A stretch of DNA of 45,662 nucleotides, taken from positions 1 to 45,662 of the IMG/VR virus record IMGVR_UViG_3300032324_000593, one strand, 5' to 3'. Numbering within the stretch: the stretch's first letter is position 1; each line of letters begins with the position of its first letter. Below are positions 37,402-45,607 of this stretch, piece after piece. Source of the stretch: a virus. Lineage: Duplodnaviria > Caudoviricetes. The notes beneath the pieces are model-generated. The model saw only the letters and a list, made by a program, of their open reading frames with translations, was not told the origin of the DNA and did no database searches. The position numbers were made by a program, and so were the translations under genes.

Positions 37402-37863
37402 ATGCCAGTAATTATACCAACTATAACATTTTACGCAAATAATGTGGTTTCGGTTGTATCTTTAGATTCAACTCCATATTTTGTTATTCAAAATAGTATG
37501 GGTAGTTTTGTTTATGGTCTTACAGAATTATACTTAAAAGCAAATTCAAATTCTCAAATATTGCAATCTTATAAATTTAATAGATATGATGTAAATGGAA
37601 CGTTAGAATCTTTTTCACAAATTCCTATAATTGACCCTTATCAATTTCAATCATCTTTATTTGTTGAAATGCAAAAAGAAAATGTATATTTAGATGGAAG
37701 AACAAATTTAGCTTTTACAATTTTACCAAACGAAACTTTATTTTTAATTCTTTATAATGACCAAATTGCTAATAGAGATTTTGTTCCAGCAACAGATTTC
37801 TTTAATGATGATTTTTTTAACAAACAATATAACGTATTAAATGACTACCAAGAACTACTATAA
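37402..37863 (+). CDS. paralogue of the capsid candidate (minor capsid protein)
   Basis: QILQSYKFNRYDVNG...PIIDPYQFQ...LDGRT...ILPNETLFLILY aligns with QVLETLSVNTRDANG...PTIDPYQQQ...IDGFT...VLANATLKLYFY of 15465. Confidence 0.7.
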   Translation: MPVIIPTITFYANNVVSVVSLDSTPYFVIQNSMGSFVYGLTELYLKANSNSQILQSYKFNRYDVNGTLESFSQIPIIDPYQFQSSLFVEMQKENVYLDGRTNLAFTILPNETLFLILYNDQIANRDFVPATDFFNDDFFNKQYNVLNDYQELL

Positions 37864-38314
37864 ACATTCATCACTATTAAAGATAAAGTTAGAAAATAAA
37901 AAAAATACAATATTAAAACTAAAGACTGGAGATTTAGTTAAAACAAAAGCAGAAGATTATCCATTAATATATCATTATGGAATAGTAGATAAGACCAAAG
38001 ATGGTTTTTTTATTTTGCATAATCATCCAGATAAAATAAATTCAAAAGGTGGCTCTATTGTAAAAGAATCTTTTGAAAAATGGATTAAAGGAAAAGAAAT
38101 TGTTTCGGTAGAATCAACAAACCTAAAAACAGATGATATTGATGAATTATATCAAAAACTAAAAGTTTATAAATATGATTTTATTAATTTTAATTGTGAG
38201 CATTTTGTTAATTTTGCTAAAAATAATGATTATGTAAGCCCACAAGTTTTGAGATGGACTTCATTAATTGCTATTGGAATTATTACGTTTTATTTATTAA
38301 GAAAAAAAATATGA
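37841..38314 (+). CDS. LRAT-like permuted NlpC/P60 enzyme with C-terminal TM
   Basis: GDLV...HYGIV (His), YDFINFNCEHFV (catalytic Cys, NCEHF signature). Confidence 0.8.
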   Translation: MTTKNYYKHSSLLKIKLENKKNTILKLKTGDLVKTKAEDYPLIYHYGIVDKTKDGFFILHNHPDKINSKGGSIVKESFEKWIKGKEIVSVESTNLKTDDIDELYQKLKVYKYDFINFNCEHFVNFAKNNDYVSPQVLRWTSLIAIGIITFYLLRKKI

Positions 38315-39501
38315 AAGCATTAAAAAGTCAAATAAATTTAAGAATCGTCAATAATACATCTTTTAATCAGTTTGTTGATATTTTAAGTGTTATCCCTAAT
38401 CCGTTATCAGCTAATGAATCTAATGGATTGTATAATTTCAATATGTCAAGTGTTTCTTTTTTTGGAATAAATAACGTTAGTATTACATATTATTTAACAT
38501 CAAATCCTACACCAGTAACATCTACTGCAAGTGTAACAACACAAAACATTCAAGGAGTAGTAACTGCTTTAAACACTTTAGGAATTGGAATTTTTAATTT
38601 TTCTGGAACGACAATTTATGTTTCTTCAAGCACTTACGTTTATTCTAATATAACTATTGCTGGAAGCTCTATTTTAGGTACTACTGGTATTGACCCATCT
38701 GGTATTGTTTTAGATAGTTTTGGAAATGTATATACTTGTAATCAAGGAAGTGATGATGTAAGCAAAATTACACCATCTGGAGTATCTACAATTTTAGCAT
38801 CTACTGGTGGAGTTGATTGTAAGGGAATTACAATTGATACTTCTAATAATTTATATGTTTGTAATGCTGTTACTGGTAATGTTTCAAAAATAACACCATT
38901 AGGAGTTGCTACAATTTTTGCATCAACTGGTGGAGTTCCATCAGCAATTACAATTGATAGTTTAGGTAATTTGTATGTTTCTGATTCTGGAACAAATAAT
39001 GTTGTAAAAATAACACCATTAGGAGTTTCTACAACTTTAGGAGCAACTGGAAACACACCAAATGCAATAACTATTGATAGTTCTGGAAATATTTATACTG
39101 CAAATTCTGTTTCAAACAATGTTTCAAAAATTACACCATTAGGAGTTTCTACAATTTTAGGAACAACTGGCTCTAATCCAAAAGGTATAACTATTGATAG
39201 TTCTGGAAATATTTATACTGCAAATTATAATTCAAATAATGTTTCAAAAATAACACAATTAGGAGTTTCTACAATTTTAGGAACAACTGGCACTAATCCA
39301 TTTGGAATAACTATTGATAGTTCTGGAAATATTTATACTGCAAATGATGGTTCAGATAATGTGAGTAAAATTACACCATTAGGAGTTTCTACCATTGTAA
39401 ATACAACTGGAGCAAATCCAGTAGCAATTACAATTAATGCTTTAGGAAATATTTATACTGCTAATGCTGGTTCAGATAATGTTTCTTTAATAGTACAATA
39501 A
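38311..39501 (+). CDS. spike candidate: capsid-like N-terminal strands plus a 7-repeat NHL/Vgb-like beta-propeller
   Basis: Start ATG 38311 (ATGA overlap); seven ~40-aa repeats P.GITIDSSGNIYTAN..SNNVSKITP.G. Confidence 0.75.
   Translation: MKALKSQINLRIVNNTSFNQFVDILSVIPNPLSANESNGLYNFNMSSVSFFGINNVSITYYLTSNPTPVTSTASVTTQNIQGVVTALNTLGIGIFNFSGTTIYVSSSTYVYSNITIAGSSILGTTGIDPSGIVLDSFGNVYTCNQGSDDVSKITPSGVSTILASTGGVDCKGITIDTSNNLYVCNAVTGNVSKITPLGVATIFASTGGVPSAITIDSLGNLYVSDSGTNNVVKITPLGVSTTLGATGNTPNAITIDSSGNIYTANSVSNNVSKITPLGVSTILGTTGSNPKGITIDSSGNIYTANYNSNNVSKITQLGVSTILGTTGTNPFGITIDSSGNIYTANDGSDNVSKITPLGVSTIVNTTGANPVAITINALGNIYTANAGSDNVSLIVQ
38668..39498 (+). repeat. 120-bp-period coding tandem repeat (7 copies)
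   Basis: actattgatagttctggaaatatttatactgcaaat recurs near 39070, 39190 and 39310. Confidence 0.85.
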
Positions 39502-39539
39502 AGAAAAAGGCAAATCGTTTTGAGAAACAATTTGCCTTT
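39501..39539 (-). terminator. terminator between convergent gene blocks
   Basis: Minus strand aaaggcaaattgttt-ctca-aaacgatttgccttt is a perfect stem with one G-U, followed by Ts. Confidence 0.75.
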
Positions 39540-39603
39540 ATAGTAACCTTCTTAAAAAAAAACCTTATTCTTTATGGAAGAAGTACAAATATATAAAATA
39601 ATT

Positions 39604-39828
39604 TTATAACTTGTATATTCTTCTTAATAATTTTTCATATTCACGTTTTTTTTCTTCTAAAAAACCAATATGTATTATTATTGTTTTATATTCCTCCATG
39701 AATTTAAAGAAAACTTTAGTGTTTTCATGCTTTTTTCTTACAATCCATTTTTGAAGTAAGTTTTGATAGTTTGTAAAATAATCAATTTCTTCTTGAATTT
39801 CATCAATAATATTCTGAATAATTATCAT
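39604..39828 (-). CDS. hypothetical helical protein
   Basis: 74-aa ORF with TAATG overlap. Confidence 0.55.
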   Translation of the reverse strand: MIIIQNIIDEIQEEIDYFTNYQNLLQKWIVRKKHENTKVFFKFMEEYKTIIIHIGFLEEKKREYEKLLRRIYKL

Positions 39829-40121
39829 TAGGATTTTTTAAGTTGTTGTATTTTGTCATATTCACTTTGCAATAACCAACCATCTGTTGTATGCTCTAAA
39901 CCAACCCAAATAAATTCATTACCTTTTTTCTTTCTTTTAGATATACCTATTATTGGTGTTTCTACTCTTATGTCAATTAAATCTTTAACGCTTATAGGCA
40001 CTTTACTTCTTTCTTTTAGTTCTTGCATCATCTGGTCAGCTTGAAGTCTGGTTTCTGCTTCCATTATGATAGGTTTGTCATTTCCAATGAAGTAGTATTT
40101 ATAAAAGCGTATAGTTACCAT
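39828..40121 (-). CDS. hypothetical protein
   Basis: 97-aa ORF. Confidence 0.65.
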   Translation of the reverse strand: MVTIRFYKYYFIGNDKPIIMEAETRLQADQMMQELKERSKVPISVKDLIDIRVETPIIGISKRKKKGNEFIWVGLEHTTDGWLLQSEYDKIQQLKKS

Positions 40122-40255
40122 AAATGAAATAGATAATTTTTATAATGATTTCTAATATAACTACCAAAATACATTTTTAATACAGATAAAAATTTTACTT
40201 TTGGAAATAATAACATCATTATCCATAGTAGTGTTTGTTGTTTAAGTTTCTTGGT

Positions 40256-40287
40256 AAGAGTGGGAGTAGTTACCCACTCTTTTTTTT
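40256..40287 (+). terminator. plus-strand intrinsic terminator inside a minus-strand block
   Basis: aagagtggg-agtagtta-cccactctt followed by a T tract. Confidence 0.6.
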
Positions 40288-40297
40288 GTGTAAAAAA

Positions 40298-40594
40298 TTA
40301 ATTCGGTAACATATCAAATTCATCAATATCTTCAATCAAAATTGCATTTCCAGAAATATAATCACTTGGACTAATAGAATTGTTATCTCGAGCAATAAAA
40401 GTTGCTAATTCGTTAAAATCCAAATCTTTAAACTTTCCTTCTTCGTCAATAATTAAGCATGAATTATTTTCTAAATGCACAACTTCCATTGGAGATTTAT
40501 AAAAGTCTGAACATATTTTAGTTTTTAAATCTCTGATTGATTTAATCTCAATATTTTTCTTTTCGTTATCTGTTGTCAATAATATTGCCTTCAT
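40298..40594 (-). CDS. DUF3846-like protein
   Basis: LIIDEEGKFKDLDFNELAT...DYISGNAIL. Confidence 0.7.
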   Translation of the reverse strand: MKAILLTTDNEKKNIEIKSIRDLKTKICSDFYKSPMEVVHLENNSCLIIDEEGKFKDLDFNELATFIARDNNSISPSDYISGNAILIEDIDEFDMLPN

Positions 40595-41016
40595 TACATT
40601 ATTTGCATTACGTTTGGGTATTTTTTTTCTAATCTTCCAACTTCATTCCATGCTTGAACAAATTGCATCAAAGCAAAATCTAATCTGGCACTTAAATAGT
40701 CGCTTTTTAGATGTTTTACTAATTCTTTATCAAAACCATAATTTATAAGTTCTTCAACTGATTCTCCTTTAAAAGTTAATAGAAAAGTACTTAAAGCACT
40801 TGCTATTGAACATTGTAAGTTTTCTTCTTCATCACTAATTACCTTTGGTCTTGCTTTTAAAAGTAACATTCCAGAAATTATAGAATTGTCAATTGGATTT
40901 TCCATAATTTCCATTGATTCTTGTGCAAATTCTTTGTTAGTATTTGGTAATTTTGACATTGCTGAAAAAATATCCAAAACTAATTGGTCGGCTAATTCTT
41001 TTGAAACTCTTGTCAT
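40594..41016 (-). CDS. hypothetical protein
   Basis: 140-aa ORF coupled to its neighbours. Confidence 0.6.
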   Translation of the reverse strand: MTRVSKELADQLVLDIFSAMSKLPNTNKEFAQESMEIMENPIDNSIISGMLLLKARPKVISDEEENLQCSIASALSTFLLTFKGESVEELINYGFDKELVKHLKSDYLSARLDFALMQFVQAWNEVGRLEKKYPNVMQIM

Positions 41017-41306
41017 CGTTTTTTTAATTTGTAAATAAATGGCACACCTTCTTTTTGTACTTGTGTTATTGCGGAATAAATTTCTCGCATCTTACTTCTA
41101 CTATCTGCTACTGCTACTGAATTAAAGTACCAAAATAATTCATCTCCTAATTTTAAACCAAATTTATAAAAATTACCAGATGGTATTTTATTTAAATTAG
41201 TTACTTCATTAAGCATTATCATTTTTACATCTAATTCTCTAAATGCAGTAAAAGTGTAGTTTTTTTTCTTTTCCAATTCTGTGAAAGGAATCAATTTTAA
41301 GTTCAT
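41013..41306 (-). CDS. hypothetical protein
   Basis: 97-aa ORF; TATATTTG box at 41326-41333 upstream on the minus strand. Confidence 0.6.
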   Translation of the reverse strand: MNLKLIPFTELEKKKNYTFTAFRELDVKMIMLNEVTNLNKIPSGNFYKFGLKLGDELFWYFNSVAVADSRSKMREIYSAITQVQKEGVPFIYKLKKR

Positions 41307-41401
41307 TGTCTTGGATTTATAAAAGCAAATATAATTAAAAAATATTACAAATAAAATAAATATTATAAAAAATTAAATATATTTTTTATAATAAGAAATA
41401 A

Positions 41402-42118
41402 TTACACTAATTGCTTGTAGAACATTTGTTTTGAATTAAAGTAATCATGTACTAATGCTCTATTTTCTGGAGTATCACGATAATAAATGCAATCAGTTTT
41501 ATAAGAATCAAAATCTTTACCTAATTTTAATGAAAGTTCATACATCATATAATAACAACTATATCGTATATCTTTATAAACATCCAGCAAAACTTCATCT
41601 TTTTTTCTTTTTATTTCTTGTTTTACTAAAACACCATTTTCGTAAATATCATAAATACGTTCAGTACCTAATGTAGATAACGTTGCTAATCGTAATGCTT
41701 TTGCTTTTTCAATTAAACCTCTTTCGTATGTTTTTTCAGAAATATAACCTTTCACATAAGCAATTCTCCAAAACGCATGATTTAAGTCTGTACCAGTAAT
41801 TTTACCTTTATCATGTTCGTAATTGTAATTGTATTTTCCAACATCTACTAAAGGTGGTAAAATAACTTCTGGATTATCTTTTAAATAACGCTTTACATCA
41901 TCCCTAACTATTTTAAACATATAAATCATATCTGGTGGAAAATTCTTCCTACCACAAGAAAATATAGTTAGTTTTTTATCAAAAATAAGTTCATTTACTT
42001 CTGTTCCCTTACGTACAACAAAAGAACCTTTCCCACGAATCAATCTATCTAAAAAGTTTTCAATTTTTCCAGTTGAGTAAGCTCTTTTGTTAATTTCTAA
42101 ATTTTTTACTTCTTCCAT
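41402..42118 (-). CDS. miniature family-B DNA polymerase-like palm protein
   Basis: TDLNHAFW (motif A-like), KALRLATLSTLG (motif B-like), YKTDCIYY (motif C-like), in canonical order. Confidence 0.45.
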   Translation of the reverse strand: MEEVKNLEINKRAYSTGKIENFLDRLIRGKGSFVVRKGTEVNELIFDKKLTIFSCGRKNFPPDMIYMFKIVRDDVKRYLKDNPEVILPPLVDVGKYNYNYEHDKGKITGTDLNHAFWRIAYVKGYISEKTYERGLIEKAKALRLATLSTLGTERIYDIYENGVLVKQEIKRKKDEVLLDVYKDIRYSCYYMMYELSLKLGKDFDSYKTDCIYYRDTPENRALVHDYFNSKQMFYKQLV

Positions 42119-42133
42119 AGTCAGTATAAAATA

Positions 42134-43003
42134 TTAAATTTCTCCTCCTTTTTCAAGTTTTTGTTTTAATTCTCTAACTGCACTTTCAAAAAACTCTTTT
42201 GATATAACTTTTGAATTATACAATTTTTCTAAATTTTTCAAAGTTTCTAAAGACAACTTTTTATCTTCTTCTTCTTTTCCTTCAACTTGTTTTGGTCTTA
42301 ATTTCTTTTCTGCTTTTTCTTTTAAACTTCTTTCTTTTCTTATTGCTTCCAGTTCACGAAACCTTACATCCCTTTTTCTTTTAGCTTCCGAAGATAAATC
42401 ACTTTCTCCAACAATTTTTAATGCTTCATCTTCATCTCCTTTAATGTCATACGAAGAATTTAAAGTAGTTATCAATAAATAGTATGAACAAGGTTTTCCA
42501 TCATCTTTTTTATTTGGAGCAATCATTGTTTTCATAATCAACATTTCGTCTGAACCAAAATTCTTTAAACGTAAATCTTCAACAATTTCTTTAGGATTAA
42601 GTAAATCAGATTTCTTTATAATTCCAGTATCAATAATATTATCAAAAGCAACTCGAATTTTTAAGTTTGGGTCTAATGTTTGTACAAATTCTGCAAACAA
42701 CCACCAATTCTTATCAATTAAATCAGATGTAGGAATATCAAATGGACTTGCACAAATTTCTCTAATAGGTGCTGGTATTTTACCAAAATCAATTGGTTTT
42801 TTTTCTAAAATAGAATTAATTACAGAATCAACTTCTGTTACTTTAATTTTTGAAATTGGTCTGCCTTTGTACAATTGAAATAAGTTTGCCGAAACCCACT
42901 TTTGAGAATCATTCCAAGTAAAACCTAATTTTCTTTTTTTAGAAATTTTATAAATTCTTCTGGTAAGTAAGACAAAAATTTGTCTTGAATAGTTCTTTTT
43001 CAT
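42134..43003 (-). CDS. hypothetical protein with C-terminal SHOCT-like helix pair
   Basis: LKNLEKLYNSKVISKEFFESAVREL; ends LEKGGEI. Confidence 0.6.
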   Translation of the reverse strand: MKKNYSRQIFVLLTRRIYKISKKRKLGFTWNDSQKWVSANLFQLYKGRPISKIKVTEVDSVINSILEKKPIDFGKIPAPIREICASPFDIPTSDLIDKNWWLFAEFVQTLDPNLKIRVAFDNIIDTGIIKKSDLLNPKEIVEDLRLKNFGSDEMLIMKTMIAPNKKDDGKPCSYYLLITTLNSSYDIKGDEDEALKIVGESDLSSEAKRKRDVRFRELEAIRKERSLKEKAEKKLRPKQVEGKEEEDKKLSLETLKNLEKLYNSKVISKEFFESAVRELKQKLEKGGEI

Positions 43004-43288
43004 TTATAAATCTTGATATTTTTTATATTTTTTAATTGTAGATAATGATAATCCAAAATGTTTACTCGCATCTGCTAAAGTACTATCTTTACAATAATCT
43101 GCAATTTGAGATTTAAGTTCTGTATCTACTGGAGGAATTTTCATTCCTATATCAGTAAGTTCATTTTCTCTGCAATGATAATTGATTGTACCTCTGGAGC
43201 ATATTAATTCTTTTTGTATTTCTCGATATGATTTACCTTGATTTCTCAAAGTTAAAATTTGATTTTTTAAATTTCTTTTTATAGCCAT
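43004..43288 (-). CDS. double-HTH DNA-binding protein
   Basis: Probable start MAIKR at 43288; LRNQGKSYREIQKELICSRGTINYH and TLADASKHFGLSLSTIKKY. Confidence 0.75.
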   Translation of the reverse strand: MAIKRNLKNQILTLRNQGKSYREIQKELICSRGTINYHCRENELTDIGMKIPPVDTELKSQIADYCKDSTLADASKHFGLSLSTIKKYKKYQDL

Positions 43289-43302
43289 CTTTTTGTTGTT
43301 TT

Positions 43303-43321
43303 GGTTACTGGTACAAATATA
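43303..43321 (-). promoter_or_regulatory. conserved promoter element TATATTTGTACCAGTAACC (copy 2 of 3)
   Basis: Identical to 33517-33535; upstream of the HTH gene. Confidence 0.75.
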
Positions 43322-43418
43322 GTAAATAGTTACAAAAAAAAGTGCATTTAGCACCTTTTTTTTTAAACTTTCACATGGTTTCATTTGAATAAACAAAGAG
43401 GAGTTACCATGCACAAAA

Positions 43419-43694
43419 TTATTTTAATATTCCTAAACCTAAAGGTTTAAACTGAAATTCAATATTTGAGTTAAATTTTGGCAAATTAGCAAAAACTTGT
43501 GAATAATCCATTGTAGAAACTGGAGTAGTAACATCAGAAGTCGTTACTTCTTCTTCTTCTTCTCCTAAAACAACATTTGTGTTATCAACATTAATTCCTT
43601 TTTTTGAAACTGCAAAATAAACCATTGCACCTACTAATCCTAAACCTAATGCTAATCCTAAATATCCTAATATTTTTTTATTTTCTGTTGTCAT
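43419..43694 (-). CDS. N-anchored membrane protein
   Basis: TM ILGYLGLALGLGLVGAMVYFAV. Confidence 0.7.
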   Translation of the reverse strand: MTTENKKILGYLGLALGLGLVGAMVYFAVSKKGINVDNTNVVLGEEEEEVTTSDVTTPVSTMDYSQVFANLPKFNSNIEFQFKPLGLGILK

Positions 43695-43705
43695 AATATT
43701 TTAAT

Positions 43706-44266
43706 TTACATTACACCTCTGTATAATCTACCATTAATAACTCTACCTCGTGAACCTACACCATTTGCACTTAAAGTTGCTGATGCAATATTTAAATCTT
43801 TTGGATTTCTAATAATATTATTTCCAAATTGCTCTGTTTTTATAATATTATTTAAATATTCATCACTTGATGCTGGTAAAACATCTTCACTTTTAGTTAT
43901 TAATCTATCTGGAAATTTAACAATCGGAGTTGTTAAAACACCTCCTTGTTGTACTGCGACTTCTGTTGGAACACCAGTACCACCAGTTAAATTTGGTAAA
44001 TCCATATTTGGCGGTAATTCTAATCCATAAATTTGTTCTGGTTTAGTTGAAACTAATGGAATACTTGTAACTAATCCAGAAGCAATAGTATCTCCTTTAA
44101 TTGGCATACCTAATCCTCCAGTTGGTATTGCTCCAGTTGTTGCACCACCAGTTGTTTCATTTAATCCAGCAAGACCTTTAGAATCTTTTGCTTTTTTACT
44201 TTTTCTCCATAATAAATAGATAATGGTTGCTCCAGCACCTACTAATAATATGTCTTTTGTTTTCAT
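43706..44266 (-). CDS. N-anchored Gly/Thr/Pro-rich membrane protein
   Basis: Probable start MKTKDILLVGAGATIIYLLW at 44266. Confidence 0.7.
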   Translation of the reverse strand: MKTKDILLVGAGATIIYLLWRKSKKAKDSKGLAGLNETTGGATTGAIPTGGLGMPIKGDTIASGLVTSIPLVSTKPEQIYGLELPPNMDLPNLTGGTGVPTEVAVQQGGVLTTPIVKFPDRLITKSEDVLPASSDEYLNNIIKTEQFGNNIIRNPKDLNIASATLSANGVGSRGRVINGRLYRGVM

Positions 44267-44368
44267 AATTAAATTTTTAAAAATATCGTAAAAATACACA
44301 TTATAAATAAATTGTATTATAAGCAATATAAAAATAATCTGAACAATTATTAAATATAAAAATTCATT

Positions 44369-44617
44369 TTAAAACATATTGAAAAAAAACTTACTTAAAA
44401 TTAAACCTAATATTGAACCAACACCAGCACCTAAAGAATAATATAACCTATCTTTAAAGCTACCAAAAGCAATTCTTTTTACATTCCACGACCAGATTAA
44501 TGATATAGTTAAACTACCAAAAAAAACACCAACGTAAAACTCTTTAAATATAAAATAAGTATTTATTGTAACCAAAAATACTTGAAAAAAACCAGTAATA
44601 AATAATTTTAATTTCAT
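44369..44617 (-). CDS. three-TM small phage membrane protein
   Basis: FITGFFQVFLVTINTY...WSWNVKRIAF...YSLGAGVGS. Confidence 0.7.
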   Translation of the reverse strand: MKLKLFITGFFQVFLVTINTYFIFKEFYVGVFFGSLTISLIWSWNVKRIAFGSFKDRLYYSLGAGVGSILGLILSKFFFNMF

Positions 44618-44620
44618 GTT

Positions 44621-44707
44621 TTATTTTTTTTTATTATTTGTAATGTAACCCACCAAAATAAATTTTCCGTAGCACCATTTGTAGTATGGTATTTTTTCTT
44701 CTTCCAT
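44621..44707 (-). CDS. possible 28-aa peptide
   Basis: MEEEKIPYYKWCYGKFILVGYITNNKKK fills the gap between neighbours exactly. Confidence 0.35.
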   Translation of the reverse strand: MEEEKIPYYKWCYGKFILVGYITNNKKK

Positions 44708-44710
44708 ATC

Positions 44711-45280
44711 TTATTGTCCTAAAAATTTAAGTTCACAAGATTCCATAAATTCACATAATTCATTTTGACTTTTTGCTCCAAACATTCTTCTATTTTTAAT
44801 ATCTGACCTTCTAATTTTTTTTAATTGTTCTAAATAAATTAAATCCATAGCTTTTAAACAATTTAATAATCTGTTTGAAAGTTCAAAATCTTCAAATTTT
44901 AATTTATTTATTTTTTTAATTTGATTTGATAAATCATCTTGAATTAAAACACCAGCTTGTAATAAAATTTCTTCAATTTCTGTTAATCTTGCAATACCAA
45001 TACCACGACATGATAAAAAATCTTTTTTTGAATATCCTTTTAATTCTTTAAGTTGCATATTTGCAATGTTTTGCTCTTTTTTCCAAGTATTATTATATTT
45101 TTCTTTTAATTCTGGTTTACTCCAGCAAAAATACAATAAACTTATTCTACCTCTTACACTTAAATTTGTTTCATGTACAAAACTTTCCTCTGTTATTTCT
45201 TTTTTAATTTTATTGTTTTGTAATTTGTAAGTGTTTACAATTTTTAACGCTTCTTTAAATTTTTCTTCTGTAATTTTCAT
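44711..45280 (-). CDS. protein with two RNA polymerase alpha-CTD-like domains
   Basis: LSVRGRISL...DFLSCRGIGIARLTEI and FELSNRLLNCLKAMDL...RMFGAKSQNEL. Confidence 0.75.
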   Translation of the reverse strand: MKITEEKFKEALKIVNTYKLQNNKIKKEITEESFVHETNLSVRGRISLLYFCWSKPELKEKYNNTWKKEQNIANMQLKELKGYSKKDFLSCRGIGIARLTEIEEILLQAGVLIQDDLSNQIKKINKLKFEDFELSNRLLNCLKAMDLIYLEQLKKIRRSDIKNRRMFGAKSQNELCEFMESCELKFLGQ

Positions 45281-45283
45281 ATC

Positions 45284-45574
45284 TTATTTGTTTTTATCTT
45301 TATATAACTTTTTAGTTTCTAAAAACCTTTCATTTTGAATAGGAATATTCATCCAATATTGCCTTTGATTTTCTTCTTTGTAAGCTAAAAACTTTTCATA
45401 AGAAGCATAATGTACATTTTGTACTTTATTCTTCAACCAGTCTAAAAATTTATCCTCGTTTCTAATTATTTGATTAACTCCAGATGCACTTTTTTTTAAT
45501 TCTAATGGTTGATTAACTTTTTCAAAAGCAATATCCATTAAACGCTTATTGATTTCTAAATTTACTTTTTGCAT
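45284..45574 (-). CDS. hypothetical protein
   Basis: 96-aa ORF downstream of a conserved promoter element. Confidence 0.6.
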   Translation of the reverse strand: MQKVNLEINKRLMDIAFEKVNQPLELKKSASGVNQIIRNEDKFLDWLKNKVQNVHYASYEKFLAYKEENQRQYWMNIPIQNERFLETKKLYKDKNK

Positions 45575-45588
45575 TTTTTATTATTTAA

Positions 45589-45607
45589 GGTTACTGGTAC
45601 AAATGTA
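45589..45607 (-). promoter_or_regulatory. conserved promoter element TACATTTGTACCAGTAACC (copy 3 of 3)
   Basis: One mismatch to the other copies, at an 'n' position of TAnnTTTG. Confidence 0.75.

Noticed and set aside
38668-39498. Possible diversity-generating retroelement template/variable repeats
   Set aside because: The repeats are tandem in-frame blades, differences are not confined to adenines, and no reverse transcriptase is in the window.
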